Below are positions 1 to 9,058 of a stretch of DNA of 33,209 nucleotides, piece by piece (position 1 is the stretch's first letter; each line of letters begins with the position of its first letter). The position numbers and the translations under genes are program-made. Source of the DNA: Candidatus Vogelbacteria bacterium (GTDB taxonomy: Bacteria; Patescibacteriota; Minisyncoccia; Phycocordibacterales; XYD1-FULL-46-19); contig JAHFNY010000005.1 of the NCBI GenBank assembly GCA_023267075.1, forward strand, positions 1-33,209. The letters are read 5' to 3'. The notes beneath the pieces are model-generated. The model had not been told where the DNA came from. It did not search any database and worked only from the letters and a program-made list of their open reading frames with translations.

Positions 1-1
1 T

Positions 2-826
2 CTCAATTTGGATGAGAAGAAGCTGGAGCAGTTAATTACGCCCAAAACGAAAGTGATTGTCCCGGTACATTATGGTGGTGTAGCCTGTGAGATGGACACT
101 ATTTTAGAAATCGCGTCACGTCACGGTATCTATGTGGTTGAGGACAATGCGCACAGTCTCTTGGGGAAGTACCGGGGTAAGTATCTAGGGACCTTTGGAG
201 CTCTGGCAACCCAGAGCTTTCATGAGACTAAGAACTTTTCCTGTGGAGAGGGTGGAGCGTTATTCATAAATGACGCGACACTACTTGAGCGGGCCGAGAT
301 CATCCGCGAGAAGGGGACTAATCGTAGCCGTTTCCTCCGTGGGGAAGTAGACAAGTACACTTGGGTAGATATTGGCTCAAGTTACTTGCCATCAGATATT
401 TTGGCAGCGGTATTGTTGGCCCAACTGGAGTCGCGGGATGAGATCCAGACCAAACGGAAGCAAATTTGGGAAAAATACGCGGAAGACCTATATCTGTGGT
501 CGGTTGAACATGATGTCTCTCTACCGACAGTCCCAAGTTATTGTGGGCAGGCTTACCACCTCTTTTATTTGATCATGCCATCACTTGATTTACGTGAACG
601 GATGATTGATCATCTAAAGAAGGCTGGGGTTGATGCTCGGACACACTATGTCCCACTCCACGGTTCAGCAGAGGCTAAGAAGTTGTTGGGTAAAGATTGG
701 CATAAGGTGAAGTGTCCGGTAACCAAAAAGGTTACTGATGGGATGTTCCGCTTGCCATTTTTCACAAATCTCTCGGCTGAAGACCAAGATCAGGTGATCG
801 AGAAGGTTTTGAGCTTCAAGTTTTAG
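2..826 (+). CDS. rffA: dTDP-4-amino-4,6-dideoxygalactose transaminase-like (DegT/DnrJ/EryC1/StrS) aminotransferase, 5'-truncated by the window
   Basis: PVHYGG, EDNAHS, SFHETKNFSCGEGG (PLP lysine) and EKGTNRSRF..VDKYTWVDIGSSY, typical of WecE/RffA. The frame is open to the window edge. Confidence 0.85.
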   Translation, partial: LNLDEKKLEQLITPKTKVIVPVHYGGVACEMDTILEIASRHGIYVVEDNAHSLLGKYRGKYLGTFGALATQSFHETKNFSCGEGGALFINDATLLERAEIIREKGTNRSRFLRGEVDKYTWVDIGSSYLPSDILAAVLLAQLESRDEIQTKRKQIWEKYAEDLYLWSVEHDVSLPTVPSYCGQAYHLFYLIMPSLDLRERMIDHLKKAGVDARTHYVPLHGSAEAKKLLGKDWHKVKCPVTKKVTDGMFRLPFFTNLSAEDQDQVIEKVLSFKF

Positions 827-833
827 TTTTCAC

Positions 834-875
834 ACCGGTGATTGCCCTCTTGGACAATCACCGGTATTTTGTTTT
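834..875 (+). terminator. intrinsic terminator
   Basis: ACCGGTGATTG...CAATCACCGGT stem (834-865) followed by ATTTTGTTTT. Confidence 0.8.
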
Positions 876-971
876 CATTATCTTTGTATTGATTGACTAA
901 GGTAGTCTAAAGAGTAATATAAGATTAGTTAACTATTGGTCATTGCAACAGGCTTGAAAGGGGGTGACAAA

Positions 972-1262
972 ATGCCAGACCTCTTTGAATTAGAAACGAC
1001 GCGTACCTCATCAGAGGAGTTAGAGTCTAAAGAAATGTTGCCAGTTTCTATTGGTGGAGATAGCACATGCATATTCCCCGAGGGTAAAAACTTGCAACAA
1101 ATTTTGGAGGAGATCAGCCTTATCGCTGTGAAGAATTTTATAGATGAGGCGGATTACGTCCCTATCCGTGATGCCAAGGGTGAAGCTCGGTATGATCGTA
1201 GACTGTCTTTAGCTGAGGAGGCAAAAAGCTGGTTAGCGGAATATGAGAGCAAGAAGAAATAG
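972..1262 (+). CDS. hypothetical acidic protein (96 aa)
   Basis: ATG at 972 follows a strong SD (AAAGGGGGTGA). TTGACT-16-TAATAT promoter candidate at 893-920 and a terminator downstream. Confidence 0.65.
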   Translation: MPDLFELETTRTSSEELESKEMLPVSIGGDSTCIFPEGKNLQQILEEISLIAVKNFIDEADYVPIRDAKGEARYDRRLSLAEEAKSWLAEYESKKK

Positions 1263-1284
1263 TCATTGCCAGTTCCCAGACCGT

Positions 1285-1314
1285 GGACCTCTTAATTGGG
1301 GTCCTTTTATTTTT
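1285..1314 (+). terminator. intrinsic terminator
   Basis: GGACCTC-TTAATT-GGGGTCC followed by TTTTATTTTT, between convergent genes. Confidence 0.6.
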
Positions 1315-2176
1315 GACACTTCTCGCAGAAGTGGGTGCCGCGGCCGGCGAGTTTAATCTTTTTAATTTTACTCCCGCAAACTTTACACGCTGCACCGGCG
1401 CGACCATAAACATTTAAATAATTGACGAAGCCGCCCACCCCGCCATCTACTAGGCGATAATTCCGAGCGGAAGTCCCTTTCTTTTTAATCGCCAATTTTA
1501 AAACTTCAATAATTTTGGCATAGAGCGCAGCCACTTCCGCTGGTTTAAGGAGACCGGACTTACGGGTGGGTAAAATTTTGGCCCGGAACAAGCTCTCATC
1601 CACATAAATATTTCCCAGGCCGGCAATTAATTTCTGATCCAATAAAAGTTGTTTAATCGGTCGATTTTTAAAGCGGTGGAGAATAGTTTCAAAATAGGGG
1701 AGAGTAAAGTCATTGGTTAAGGGCTCAGGACCGTGGGCATTTTTAATTTCTGCCAACCCCGCTTCACTCACCGTCTTCAACCAGCCAAATTTCCGCAAGT
1801 CGTTGAAGTAGAGAATGGAGCCATCACTAAAAGTAAAAATCGCCCGAGTAAATTTATTGGGTAAGCTCTCTAAGCCACCTTTCTGCGGGTGACCACCCAC
1901 AATTAAGGTTTTAGTTTTGGCGGCTTGGAAAATCAATTGCCCGGTCATCTTTAAGTGAACCAGCAAATGTTTCTTGGTATCCAGCGAGAGGATTAAAATT
2001 TTCGCTCGGCGATCGGCTCGGGTGATGGTGGCGCCGAGTAAATCTTGTTTAATTTTATTTACGGTTAAAGGTCGGAGCATCTTCGGCGTTTTAATTTCTA
2101 CCGCCTTAATTGTTTTGCCGATGATGGCTTTATTAAGATCGCGGCGAATAGTCTCGACTTCTGGTAATTCAGGCAT
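1307..2176 (-). CDS. mutM: formamidopyrimidine-DNA glycosylase Fpg
   Basis: N-terminal PELPEVE, HLKMTG, GLGNIYVDESLF (H2TH) and a C-terminal CxxC...CxxC zinc finger. Confidence 0.97.
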   Translation of the reverse strand: MPELPEVETIRRDLNKAIIGKTIKAVEIKTPKMLRPLTVNKIKQDLLGATITRADRRAKILILSLDTKKHLLVHLKMTGQLIFQAAKTKTLIVGGHPQKGGLESLPNKFTRAIFTFSDGSILYFNDLRKFGWLKTVSEAGLAEIKNAHGPEPLTNDFTLPYFETILHRFKNRPIKQLLLDQKLIAGLGNIYVDESLFRAKILPTRKSGLLKPAEVAALYAKIIEVLKLAIKKKGTSARNYRLVDGGVGGFVNYLNVYGRAGAACKVCGSKIKKIKLAGRGTHFCEKCQK

Positions 2177-2177
2177 A

Positions 2178-3401
2178 TTAAATAGCTTCTTTAGCTTTTA
2201 GCTTCATTAGTTCTTCTTTAGTAATTTCCGCATCGCTCCACGGTGTTTTCTTGCCCTTTGGACCCATGAGGAAGGGATCCGTGCCTTTACCGGTGATTAA
2301 GACCACATCACCCACTTGAGCTTTCTTCAGCGCCAATTTAATCGCTTCTCGCCGATCAATCACAATTTCTGGCTGATGGTTTTTAATCCCACTCGCGATT
2401 TCCGCACAAATTGTTTGGGTATCTTCATCATAAGAATCATCATCGGTTAAGATAATCTCATCACAGTATTTATCGGCCACACTTCCCATCACCGGTCGCT
2501 TCCACTTATCGCGGCCGCCGCCAGTGGCACCAAAGACACAAATATTTTTTTGATCAGTAAAAATTTGGTAAAACTTTTCTAATGAGTCAGCCGTATGAGC
2601 GTAATCTACCACGACGGTAAAGTTCTGACCGGCGTCAATTTTCTCCACCCTCCCTTTAGCCCCCGTAAAATTATTGAGCGCTTGTTGAATTACTTCCGGT
2701 TTAATCTTTAATTGTTCGGCGGCCGCGGCGGCGGCGAGAGCATTTTCCACATTAAATTTGCCTGGCAGTGGAGTGGTGTAATTGGCCGCGGCGGCGGAGA
2801 ATTCAATAATTGTTATTTTCTTATCCACCGCCGCTTCAAAATGTTTTAATTCTTGCTCGTCCCGATTTAAAACTAAAAATTTATTAGCTTTAGGTGAAGT
2901 GTTTAAGGCTTTAACTAATCGCAATTTAGCGGCCCGATACTTCTCAAACGATCCATGAGCCTCGACGTGCTCGGGCGAGAGATTGGTCACAATGAGGCCG
3001 TTTAAAGCGAGACCCAAGTGTCGCCACAGTTTGGCCCCTTCCGAGCTAGTTTCAATCACGGCGTGGGTACAACCCTCATTGATCGCTTGGCGGAGCAAGC
3101 GTTGGAGCCTAAAGCGGCCGGGCGTAGTCATCTTAAGTAAATTGGGTATTTCTTCCGCGCCAATTTTAAAGTGAATAGTGGAGGAGAGGAAAGTTTTCTG
3201 CCCGGCCGCGGTAAGAATACTCGCGAGCATCTCGGTGGTGGTGGTTTTACCTTTAGTGCCGGTTACTCCAATCACCGTCAACTTTTTAGCCGGGTAACGA
3301 TAAATGATTATCGCAAGCATGGCTAATAACCAGTGATATATTGGCTGGAGAGCGAGGAAAATTTTCTTGGGGATTAAGGGCCGGATTAGATCTAAGATCA
3401 T
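2178..3401 (-). CDS. murE: UDP-N-acetylmuramyl-tripeptide synthetase (MurE-like Mur ligase)
   Basis: GVTGTKGKTTT P-loop, ETSSEG, TNLSPEH, VDYAHT, GGGRDKWKRP and GKG motifs. Confidence 0.85.
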   Translation of the reverse strand: MILDLIRPLIPKKIFLALQPIYHWLLAMLAIIIYRYPAKKLTVIGVTGTKGKTTTTEMLASILTAAGQKTFLSSTIHFKIGAEEIPNLLKMTTPGRFRLQRLLRQAINEGCTHAVIETSSEGAKLWRHLGLALNGLIVTNLSPEHVEAHGSFEKYRAAKLRLVKALNTSPKANKFLVLNRDEQELKHFEAAVDKKITIIEFSAAAANYTTPLPGKFNVENALAAAAAAEQLKIKPEVIQQALNNFTGAKGRVEKIDAGQNFTVVVDYAHTADSLEKFYQIFTDQKNICVFGATGGGRDKWKRPVMGSVADKYCDEIILTDDDSYDEDTQTICAEIASGIKNHQPEIVIDRREAIKLALKKAQVGDVVLITGKGTDPFLMGPKGKKTPWSDAEITKEELMKLKAKEAI

Positions 3402-3973
3402 CGTTTACTTTGGCTTAAAATTTTTAACGCCGCTTTGATCCGCTCGCTGGTATCTTTGAGCTCGGCTGGTACCTCGCGCAAGGCCTCGCGGGCTTCACGC
3501 AGGCCATAGCCAAGCGCCTTGAGCGCTTCTAAGGTATCTTCTTCAATCATAAAGCTTTCTTCACTCGTCGCCACTTTACCCAGCTTGTCGCGCAGTTCAA
3601 GGACAATCTTCTCGGCACTTTTTTTACCAATGCCCGAGACGCGGGTAAGATAATCAGTTTTACCAGAAGAAATAGCTTGGTGGAGAGTAGCCGGTGGGGC
3701 GAGGGCGAGAATAGCTAAAGCCGACTTGGGTCCAATCCCCGGTACACCAACCAGGAGTTTAAAAAATTCTAATTCCCCCCGCTCCACAAAGCCGTATAAG
3801 TCTAAAGCGTCTTCTCGCACTACCAGATAAGTAAAAAGCGAGAGTTCCTTACCGGTATTAGCCAGGGCGGTGGTCTCGGGGAGAACGTAGACCAAATAGC
3901 CCACGCCACCCACTTCCATAATTATTTGTCGCTCGCCGGCCGGCTCCGCTCGGCCGGTTAATTTACCAATCAT
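3398..3973 (-). CDS. ruvA: Holliday junction branch migration protein RuvA
   Basis: MIGKLTG, GGVGY, VREDALDLYGF, two HhH motifs (GIGPK, GIGKKSAEKIVLEL) and ALKALGY. Confidence 0.96.
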   Translation of the reverse strand: MIGKLTGRAEPAGERQIIMEVGGVGYLVYVLPETTALANTGKELSLFTYLVVREDALDLYGFVERGELEFFKLLVGVPGIGPKSALAILALAPPATLHQAISSGKTDYLTRVSGIGKKSAEKIVLELRDKLGKVATSEESFMIEEDTLEALKALGYGLREAREALREVPAELKDTSERIKAALKILSQSKR

Positions 3974-4027
3974 TTGGTCATCATAGCAAAAGTTGCGAGC
4001 CCCGGCGACCTGTGGTAGAGTGCCGTC

Positions 4028-4279
4028 ATGCCTATAATTAAATCAGCTAAAAAGCAACTCCGCAGTGGTAAGCGCAAGCGCGCCTTTAATGAACGGCGCA
4101 AGCGAGCCATGAAGTCTACTATTAAAGTGGCCCGCGCGAGCGTGACCGATGCCGAGAGTCTCCGGCTGGCTTACCAAGCAATTGATAAAGCCGCCAAACG
4201 CGGAGTGATTAAGAAGAATACCGCCGCCCGCAAGAAGTCTCGCCTGGCCAAAGCTCTCGCCAAAGCGGATAAAAAATAA
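4028..4279 (+). CDS. rpsT: 30S ribosomal protein S20
   Basis: MPIIKSAKK...IDKAAKRGVIKKNTAARKKSRL. Confidence 0.97.
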   Translation: MPIIKSAKKQLRSGKRKRAFNERRKRAMKSTIKVARASVTDAESLRLAYQAIDKAAKRGVIKKNTAARKKSRLAKALAKADKK

Positions 4280-4295
4280 TATCCCAAATAGGTGT

Positions 4296-4835
4296 TTACA
4301 ATAGTTTTTTGTCTAAGGCAGTTCTAAGAAAAATCCTGTCTCTGACAATATTAAAACCAATATTGTAAAAATCTATTTCTCCGGATTTAAGTAAATTGTT
4401 TTGTCTATCAAATATTTCTTTTACCTCTTCAAGAGTATACCAGCTAGATGTAGTACCGTTCTGTCTCTCTTCTTCAGTGCGAAGATCAATTTTTGTTTTT
4501 TCTTTAACCTTAGCTAATACACAATAGGTTTGATATTTTTTATCATCACGGCCCCTATATTCTTTAGTCACACCAATAATTGTCGTAGGTTCAATAGAGT
4601 AATTTACTTCTTCTTGACATTCACGATCGGCGGCGGCATATAATTCTTCCCCATCTTCAATACCGCCACCAGGTAACAAGTAGTAATTATGAATTGGGTT
4701 TGTCACTAACGCGATTTTATTTTTACTATCTTGTAATATTATTTTTACTGTTTTCCGTAGCACCCAATTATTAGTTGGGGGAAATATTTTATTTGGGAAA
4801 ATATCTTTGTCATAAAGTGTTGCAATGTAGTCCAT
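4296..4835 (-). CDS. NUDIX hydrolase
   Basis: Nudix box GGGIEDGEELYAAADRECQEEV; AT-rich gene. Confidence 0.88.
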   Translation of the reverse strand: MDYIATLYDKDIFPNKIFPPTNNWVLRKTVKIILQDSKNKIALVTNPIHNYYLLPGGGIEDGEELYAAADRECQEEVNYSIEPTTIIGVTKEYRGRDDKKYQTYCVLAKVKEKTKIDLRTEEERQNGTTSSWYTLEEVKEIFDRQNNLLKSGEIDFYNIGFNIVRDRIFLRTALDKKLL

Positions 4836-4851
4836 ATGATTATGATGTCAT

Positions 4852-4878
4852 AAAAAAGTCGCCCCGTAAAGGGCGACT
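4852..4878 (-). terminator. intrinsic terminator of the ATP-grasp/phosphatase operon
   Basis: The minus strand reads AGTCGCCC-TTTACG-GGGCGAC-TTTTTT, a GC stem followed by a U-run. Confidence 0.8.
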
Positions 4879-4903
4879 CGAATTAATTACTAACTCAATT
4901 AAG

Positions 4904-5545
4904 CTAAATCGGGTTCATTCTAATGAGTGGAGTCGAGGTTACGAAAAGATCTTTTTCTCTGTCATACTCCAATTCTAAACAGTAACCATTGGGTGGGTTT
5001 CTTAGCCATCGAAAATCTTGATCTGAAAGGTGTAGAAGAGTTCGCAGTATGACTCTAAGAGCAAATCCATGGGTAACTATTAGTAGGCATTCGGGAAATT
5101 GCTGGTTGTTTCGATCGGCTGTTATTCTTTTAACAAAGTTATCAATAGCAGTGACATATTCAACGCAGTTATCTCCTCCAGGAAATTGATAATTAAGCAC
5201 TCCTGCCTTGTAGCGTTCTGCTTCAATCTCGGCGCGATTATTTAGAGTAACGTTTCCCCAATCAAGGTTACGTATACTTGGTTCAACCTCAATCAGGTCT
5301 GGTCTGGGGAAATAACGACTCAGGATATTCCAGGTCTCAATAGCTCGGCGAGTGGGCGACAAATATACTCCTACACTACCACAAATTGATACCCGATTAG
5401 TGAGTGTTTTACCTAACTTCCGGGCTTGGGTCTTGCCTCGTGGTGTTAGAGATATAGATCGGTCATCAGCAACATTATGCAATGATGGGTCAATGTCTTC
5501 CGAAGATTCTGTATGACGGACCAAAATGACTTTTCTAATACTCAT
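4904..5545 (-). CDS. histidine phosphatase (phosphoglycerate mutase-like) family protein
   Basis: LVRHTES (RHG variant), LTPRGKTQA, SPTRRAIET and VTHG. Confidence 0.85.
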   Translation of the reverse strand: MSIRKVILVRHTESSEDIDPSLHNVADDRSISLTPRGKTQARKLGKTLTNRVSICGSVGVYLSPTRRAIETWNILSRYFPRPDLIEVEPSIRNLDWGNVTLNNRAEIEAERYKAGVLNYQFPGGDNCVEYVTAIDNFVKRITADRNNQQFPECLLIVTHGFALRVILRTLLHLSDQDFRWLRNPPNGYCLELEYDREKDLFVTSTPLIRMNPI

Positions 5546-6570
5546 AACAAGTCTCCTAAATGGTTATTTTTGATATACAGATGGGTTGCCGATACTAATT
5601 CTGTTTCCGCAGTGGTCTTTGTTTTTGTTAAGTGCCACTGTTTATCTCTTTGGACAAAATGCCACGGAGAACGTTCGACGGCGTATTGTCCAAACATAAC
5701 AAATTGGAACTCAAACAGGTAACAAGTTTCTCCATCATAACCAACATCAATTGAAGCAAAAGGCACATTAAACTTCTCGAAAACCTCCTTAGTATAATTC
5801 AAGACCTGAGTTGGAATGTTTCGAGGAAAATTTAATCGTCCGCTACCGCTTGCTCGAAAGTCATTTGGCCTATTTTCCCGAAATACTACGAAGTACTTTT
5901 CACCATACACTACAATTTTATAATCCCCAGTAAGATTAGGAATAAATCTCTGGACAATAAATTTGTGGCGATGGTTGGATATGGGAGTAAATCCTTTTCG
6001 GTCAAGACGATTTCGTAAAGACAGAAGAAGATTAAAAGCCGAAGGCGTCCTAGATAATTTACGAGCAGCTTTGTCGGCTTCCTTTCTATTTCTAGCTATC
6101 AGTACCTTATGGCTTTTAGAGCCGCTACTTGGTTTCATCACGACCGGGAATTTGTCTATAGTAGCGAATTGCCTGTATTCTTCATAAGTTCCGAAAGCTT
6201 GGCATCTACATTTTTCAGGATCGTCACTGATTTCAAGTGAGCGAATGATTTCCATGAAAACTTTGTTATGGTGTGCTCGGAACAAAGAAAAACGTGGAAT
6301 CAGTATTGCTCCTTGTAATAATAATCCAAGCAGGATGTCTTCAATGTAATCTCGATAAAAAAGTGATGGGTCTTCGGCCGACTGATAAAGGACAATCGTT
6401 TCTCTGTAATCGTCTTGACGAAAGTCAACTTCGGCAAAATGCTTAATATCGACTTCATATCTGACCTGCTTAAAACCATCTTTTAAACTTGCGAGATTAA
6501 GACTGGCACCCCTAATACGGACCGAGGAATAGAAGTGAGAACGGTAATCTAGAAGTATTAAGAGCTTCAT
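5542..6570 (-). CDS. RimK-like ATP-grasp ligase
   Basis: HHNK, FPVVMKPSSGSKS, IVQRFIP..GDYKI, FRASGSG, IDVG and LFEFQ. Strong SD AGAAAGGAG; 4-bp overlap with the phosphatase gene. Confidence 0.8.
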   Translation of the reverse strand: MKLLILLDYRSHFYSSVRIRGASLNLASLKDGFKQVRYEVDIKHFAEVDFRQDDYRETIVLYQSAEDPSLFYRDYIEDILLGLLLQGAILIPRFSLFRAHHNKVFMEIIRSLEISDDPEKCRCQAFGTYEEYRQFATIDKFPVVMKPSSGSKSHKVLIARNRKEADKAARKLSRTPSAFNLLLSLRNRLDRKGFTPISNHRHKFIVQRFIPNLTGDYKIVVYGEKYFVVFRENRPNDFRASGSGRLNFPRNIPTQVLNYTKEVFEKFNVPFASIDVGYDGETCYLFEFQFVMFGQYAVERSPWHFVQRDKQWHLTKTKTTAETELVSATHLYIKNNHLGDLL

Positions 6571-6622
6571 TTGGTTGGCTCCTTTCTTATTTTAACCTAT
6601 GACAAGGATCTTCACTCACTTG

Positions 6623-6651
6623 AACCTATCATTAAGTTTGACGGAATGCAA
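6623..6651 (-). promoter_or_regulatory. sigma70-type promoter candidate of the ATP-grasp operon
   Basis: TTGCAT-17 nt-TAGGTT with an extended TG. Confidence 0.45.
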
Positions 6652-6713
6652 TATCGGTTGTGTTTTTGTAACTTTATTAGATTTTAGACTTACTTCTATG
6701 CCTACGTTAATTG

Positions 6714-6785
6714 TCCTCCCGGCAGGAATCGAACCTACATCACGAGCTCCGCAAGCTCGCGTTCTATCCGTTGAACTACGGGAGG
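6714..6785 (-). tRNA. tRNA-Arg(GCG)
   Basis: Cloverleaf with acceptor CCTCCCG/CGGGAGG, anticodon arm CGAGC-TTGCGGA-GCTCG and GGTTCGATTCC T-arm. No encoded CCA. Confidence 0.93.
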
Positions 6786-6810
6786 TTTAATAAACGCTAG
6801 CACACTTAAT

Positions 6811-7269
6811 TTAAATTCCCAAGCGGTCAGCGAGGGTGTCTAAGAGATGATCCTCGTGCTCTACTTCCTTAATCCGGCGCTTCAGCTCGTCGCGGAGGCG
6901 ACTGGCAATAGGAGGCTCAATCGGGATGGTAATACGGGGGAGGAAGACCCGCGATGATTCAATAATCAATTTCTCACCATCTTTAGGGATGGAGAAGTGC
7001 TTAATCGTTTTGTAAGGATAAAGCTCGCGCCCGGCCAGTAGGCCTTTAGCGGTAAGAGCGAAGGTTATTTCTTGGGGTGGTCGGCGGGCGTAGAGAATAA
7101 TCGAGGCCGCCGCTAAAATAATGACCAAGCCAAAGAGTAAATTGCCAAAGTAAAATAAAATGAGGGCAATGAGTCCAGCGCCAAGGGCCACTGACCATTG
7201 CCAATCGGTACTCCGCTCGCGATGCTCATATTCTGGCGCGTGCCACTCAATGATGGAAGGTTCACTCAT
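6811..7269 (-). CDS. conserved hypothetical membrane protein (two TM helices plus a soluble C-terminal domain)
   Basis: EWHAPEYEHRERSTDW followed by a hydrophobic hairpin; overlaps the upstream gene. Confidence 0.75.
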   Translation of the reverse strand: MSEPSIIEWHAPEYEHRERSTDWQWSVALGAGLIALILFYFGNLLFGLVIILAAASIILYARRPPQEITFALTAKGLLAGRELYPYKTIKHFSIPKDGEKLIIESSRVFLPRITIPIEPPIASRLRDELKRRIKEVEHEDHLLDTLADRLGI

Positions 7270-7819
7270 CTAATAATTGTAGCACTATTTTATCAACTTG
7301 GGTGTGCAATTCTTCTAATGTGCCGGTGTTGGTGAGAGTCGCGTCAGCGCGCGCCACTACGGCATTTACATTTTGCGCATTGGGGTCATTACTTTGCGAG
7401 TCTTTGGCGTCGGCAATTTTAAATTGTTCAAAAGTAATGTCTTCTCCCACGCGGCCGCGGGCGAGCGCCCGCTGGTAGCGCACTTCAAGCGGGGCAGTAA
7501 TGGCTAAGAGTAGACCACCGGCCTTCTTCACCGCTTCTACTTCCGCGACAGCGCGCATGCCACTAATTGTTAAACGAGGGGAGGGATCATTGAGTCCTTG
7601 ATTAATAAAGAAATCGCCGCCATTATCTTTACGCACTTGGGCCGAGACCGTGGACATTAATTGCCTCGTTGGCTCACCGAGATTCTGCTCGCTTATGTAC
7701 TTTCTCACCAAATCGCCGGTAGAAACGTGGGTGAAATTATATTTTTCAGTCAGATAATTAGCCACGGTATCTTTACCGCACGACGGATGACCAACTAAAC
7801 CGATAATGACTTGCTTCAT
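7262..7819 (-). CDS. P-loop nucleotide kinase (dephospho-CoA/NMP kinase-like)
   Basis: IIGLVGHPSCGKDT Walker A, STGDLVR, APLEVRYQR and NTGTLEEL. Confidence 0.8.
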   Translation of the reverse strand: MKQVIIGLVGHPSCGKDTVANYLTEKYNFTHVSTGDLVRKYISEQNLGEPTRQLMSTVSAQVRKDNGGDFFINQGLNDPSPRLTISGMRAVAEVEAVKKAGGLLLAITAPLEVRYQRALARGRVGEDITFEQFKIADAKDSQSNDPNAQNVNAVVARADATLTNTGTLEELHTQVDKIVLQLLDE

Positions 7820-7866
7820 ACCTGAAAGTTTACCAGAAAGTAAAGATATTGTAGTATCTAGTCTAC

Positions 7867-7953
7867 GGAGGGGTGGCCGAGTGGTTTAAGGCAACGGTCT
7901 TGAAAACCGTCATACCGTAATTGGTATCGTGAGTTCGAATCTCACCCCCTCCG
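7867..7953 (+). tRNA. tRNA-Ser(TGA)
   Basis: Acceptor GGAGGGG/CCCCTCC, anticodon arm ACGGT-CTTGAAA-ACCGT, long variable arm and GTTCGAATC. Confidence 0.95.
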
Positions 7954-7994
7954 CTAGGAGTATTTAGTATCAGACGACTCGGGTTCTTAAAAAC

Positions 7995-8471
7995 ATGAGC
8001 AGAAATGATATAAAAGAAAAATTACAGAGTATTCTTGATAAAGATGTTTTGGAAGAAACGGATGTTATTTATATTCTTTCGCGAATAAGAAAATTACTTG
8101 AAATTGATAGAAATAAAACAGATTTTAAAATACTGAATTTTTATTGCAATTGGGCGTTACATGCTCAAATAGACGATACAGACTTCATTAGTAAGATACT
8201 TGAAAATCTTGGAACAGGGATGTTGTCACTAATGCATTTCTATCTAGATTTTGATAAAGAATTTAAAAAGTTTTTGTCTAAACATAAATTAACAACAAAA
8301 ATATTTCTCAACAATCAAACTCTTACCAATTTCCACCATATATTGTCGGAAATATATTCAGATACTCCCCTCATTGTTAAAACAATCAGAAAAAAGAAGA
8401 TAACGTTTACTAAATTGGAAAGTTTTGGCAAAAATAGTGGATTTTTTTCTGCAAGGTGCGAAGAAATATAA
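7995..8471 (+). CDS. hypothetical protein (AT-rich, accessory)
   Basis: 158-aa ORF containing FYCNWALH, directly downstream of tRNA-Ser; no family recognised with confidence. Confidence 0.7.
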   Translation: MSRNDIKEKLQSILDKDVLEETDVIYILSRIRKLLEIDRNKTDFKILNFYCNWALHAQIDDTDFISKILENLGTGMLSLMHFYLDFDKEFKKFLSKHKLTTKIFLNNQTLTNFHHILSEIYSDTPLIVKTIRKKKITFTKLESFGKNSGFFSARCEEI

Positions 8472-8534
8472 TTTTTAACTAATTCGAGCACTGTAGCACT
8501 TTACCAGAAAATCTGCTAAAATTAAGACATTAAT

Positions 8535-8702
8535 ATGGAGACTACAGTTTTATTAATAATGTGGGCGGTATCCATACCTGTATCTTTTTGGGGTGCAAAA
8601 AAGATAGGTAGCAATAAGATTGTTGCGGTATTTGCTGGGTTGGTCGCACCGGTCTTAGCTCCAATTGTGTACGCATATCTTGCTTCGAATCACAAAAAAT
8701 AA
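8535..8702 (+). CDS. small membrane protein (55 aa), not in the ORF track
   Basis: METTVLLIMWAVSIPVSFWGAKKIGSNKIVAVFAGLVAPVLAPIVYAYLASNHKK: two hydrophobic segments, with TGcTAAAAT upstream. Confidence 0.6.
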   Translation: METTVLLIMWAVSIPVSFWGAKKIGSNKIVAVFAGLVAPVLAPIVYAYLASNHKK

Positions 8703-8808
8703 CTGAGCCTAATTCTTAAATTGACCGCCTGAAAAGATTACCAAAATATTTTAATAAGGTCTTATCGCCTGGGTATTTAGTCTGAGCGGGTCACTCGAGT
8801 TTTTATTT

Positions 8809-9033
8809 TTATTCCACTTTCATCACCTTCGGTTTTTTGGCGATGAAGAAGATGTAAAAAATTTCTAAGATGCCAACGGTATTGACCACAAGGAGAGCAA
8901 TAAACCACCACTTGTCGTGGCGGCTGGCCGCTTTCCACAAGGCCACCCCCTTCCACGGCAAGGTCCATAAAGCGAGGGCAATGACGAGCCAGAGATTGTT
9001 GCCAAATAAGGCGCTTAATGTGTTCACATCCAT
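8809..9033 (-). CDS. small membrane protein, DUF5652-like
   Basis: WTLPWKGVALWKAA...WWFIALLVVNTVGILEIFYIF. Start placed at MDVNT because the divergent promoter occupies the upstream region. Confidence 0.75.
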   Translation of the reverse strand: MDVNTLSALFGNNLWLVIALALWTLPWKGVALWKAASRHDKWWFIALLVVNTVGILEIFYIFFIAKKPKVMKVE

Positions 9034-9058
9034 ACCCCTAGATGCTATCATAAGCCTG

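Noticed and set aside
6571-6713. Possible riboswitch or RiPP precursor upstream of the ATP-grasp gene
   Set aside because: The region is accounted for by promoter, leader and SD; no aptamer or precursor ORF was recognised.
6599-6790. 63-aa ORF antisense to tRNA-Arg (likewise 14948-15133 over tRNA-Leu)
   Set aside because: These are shadow frames of tRNA genes with no protein features, unlike the recombinase, whose body is a real gene.
9032-9041. ATACCCCTAG, identical to half of the CsoR operator
   Set aside because: There is no matching second half-site and the flanking genes are unrelated to metals.
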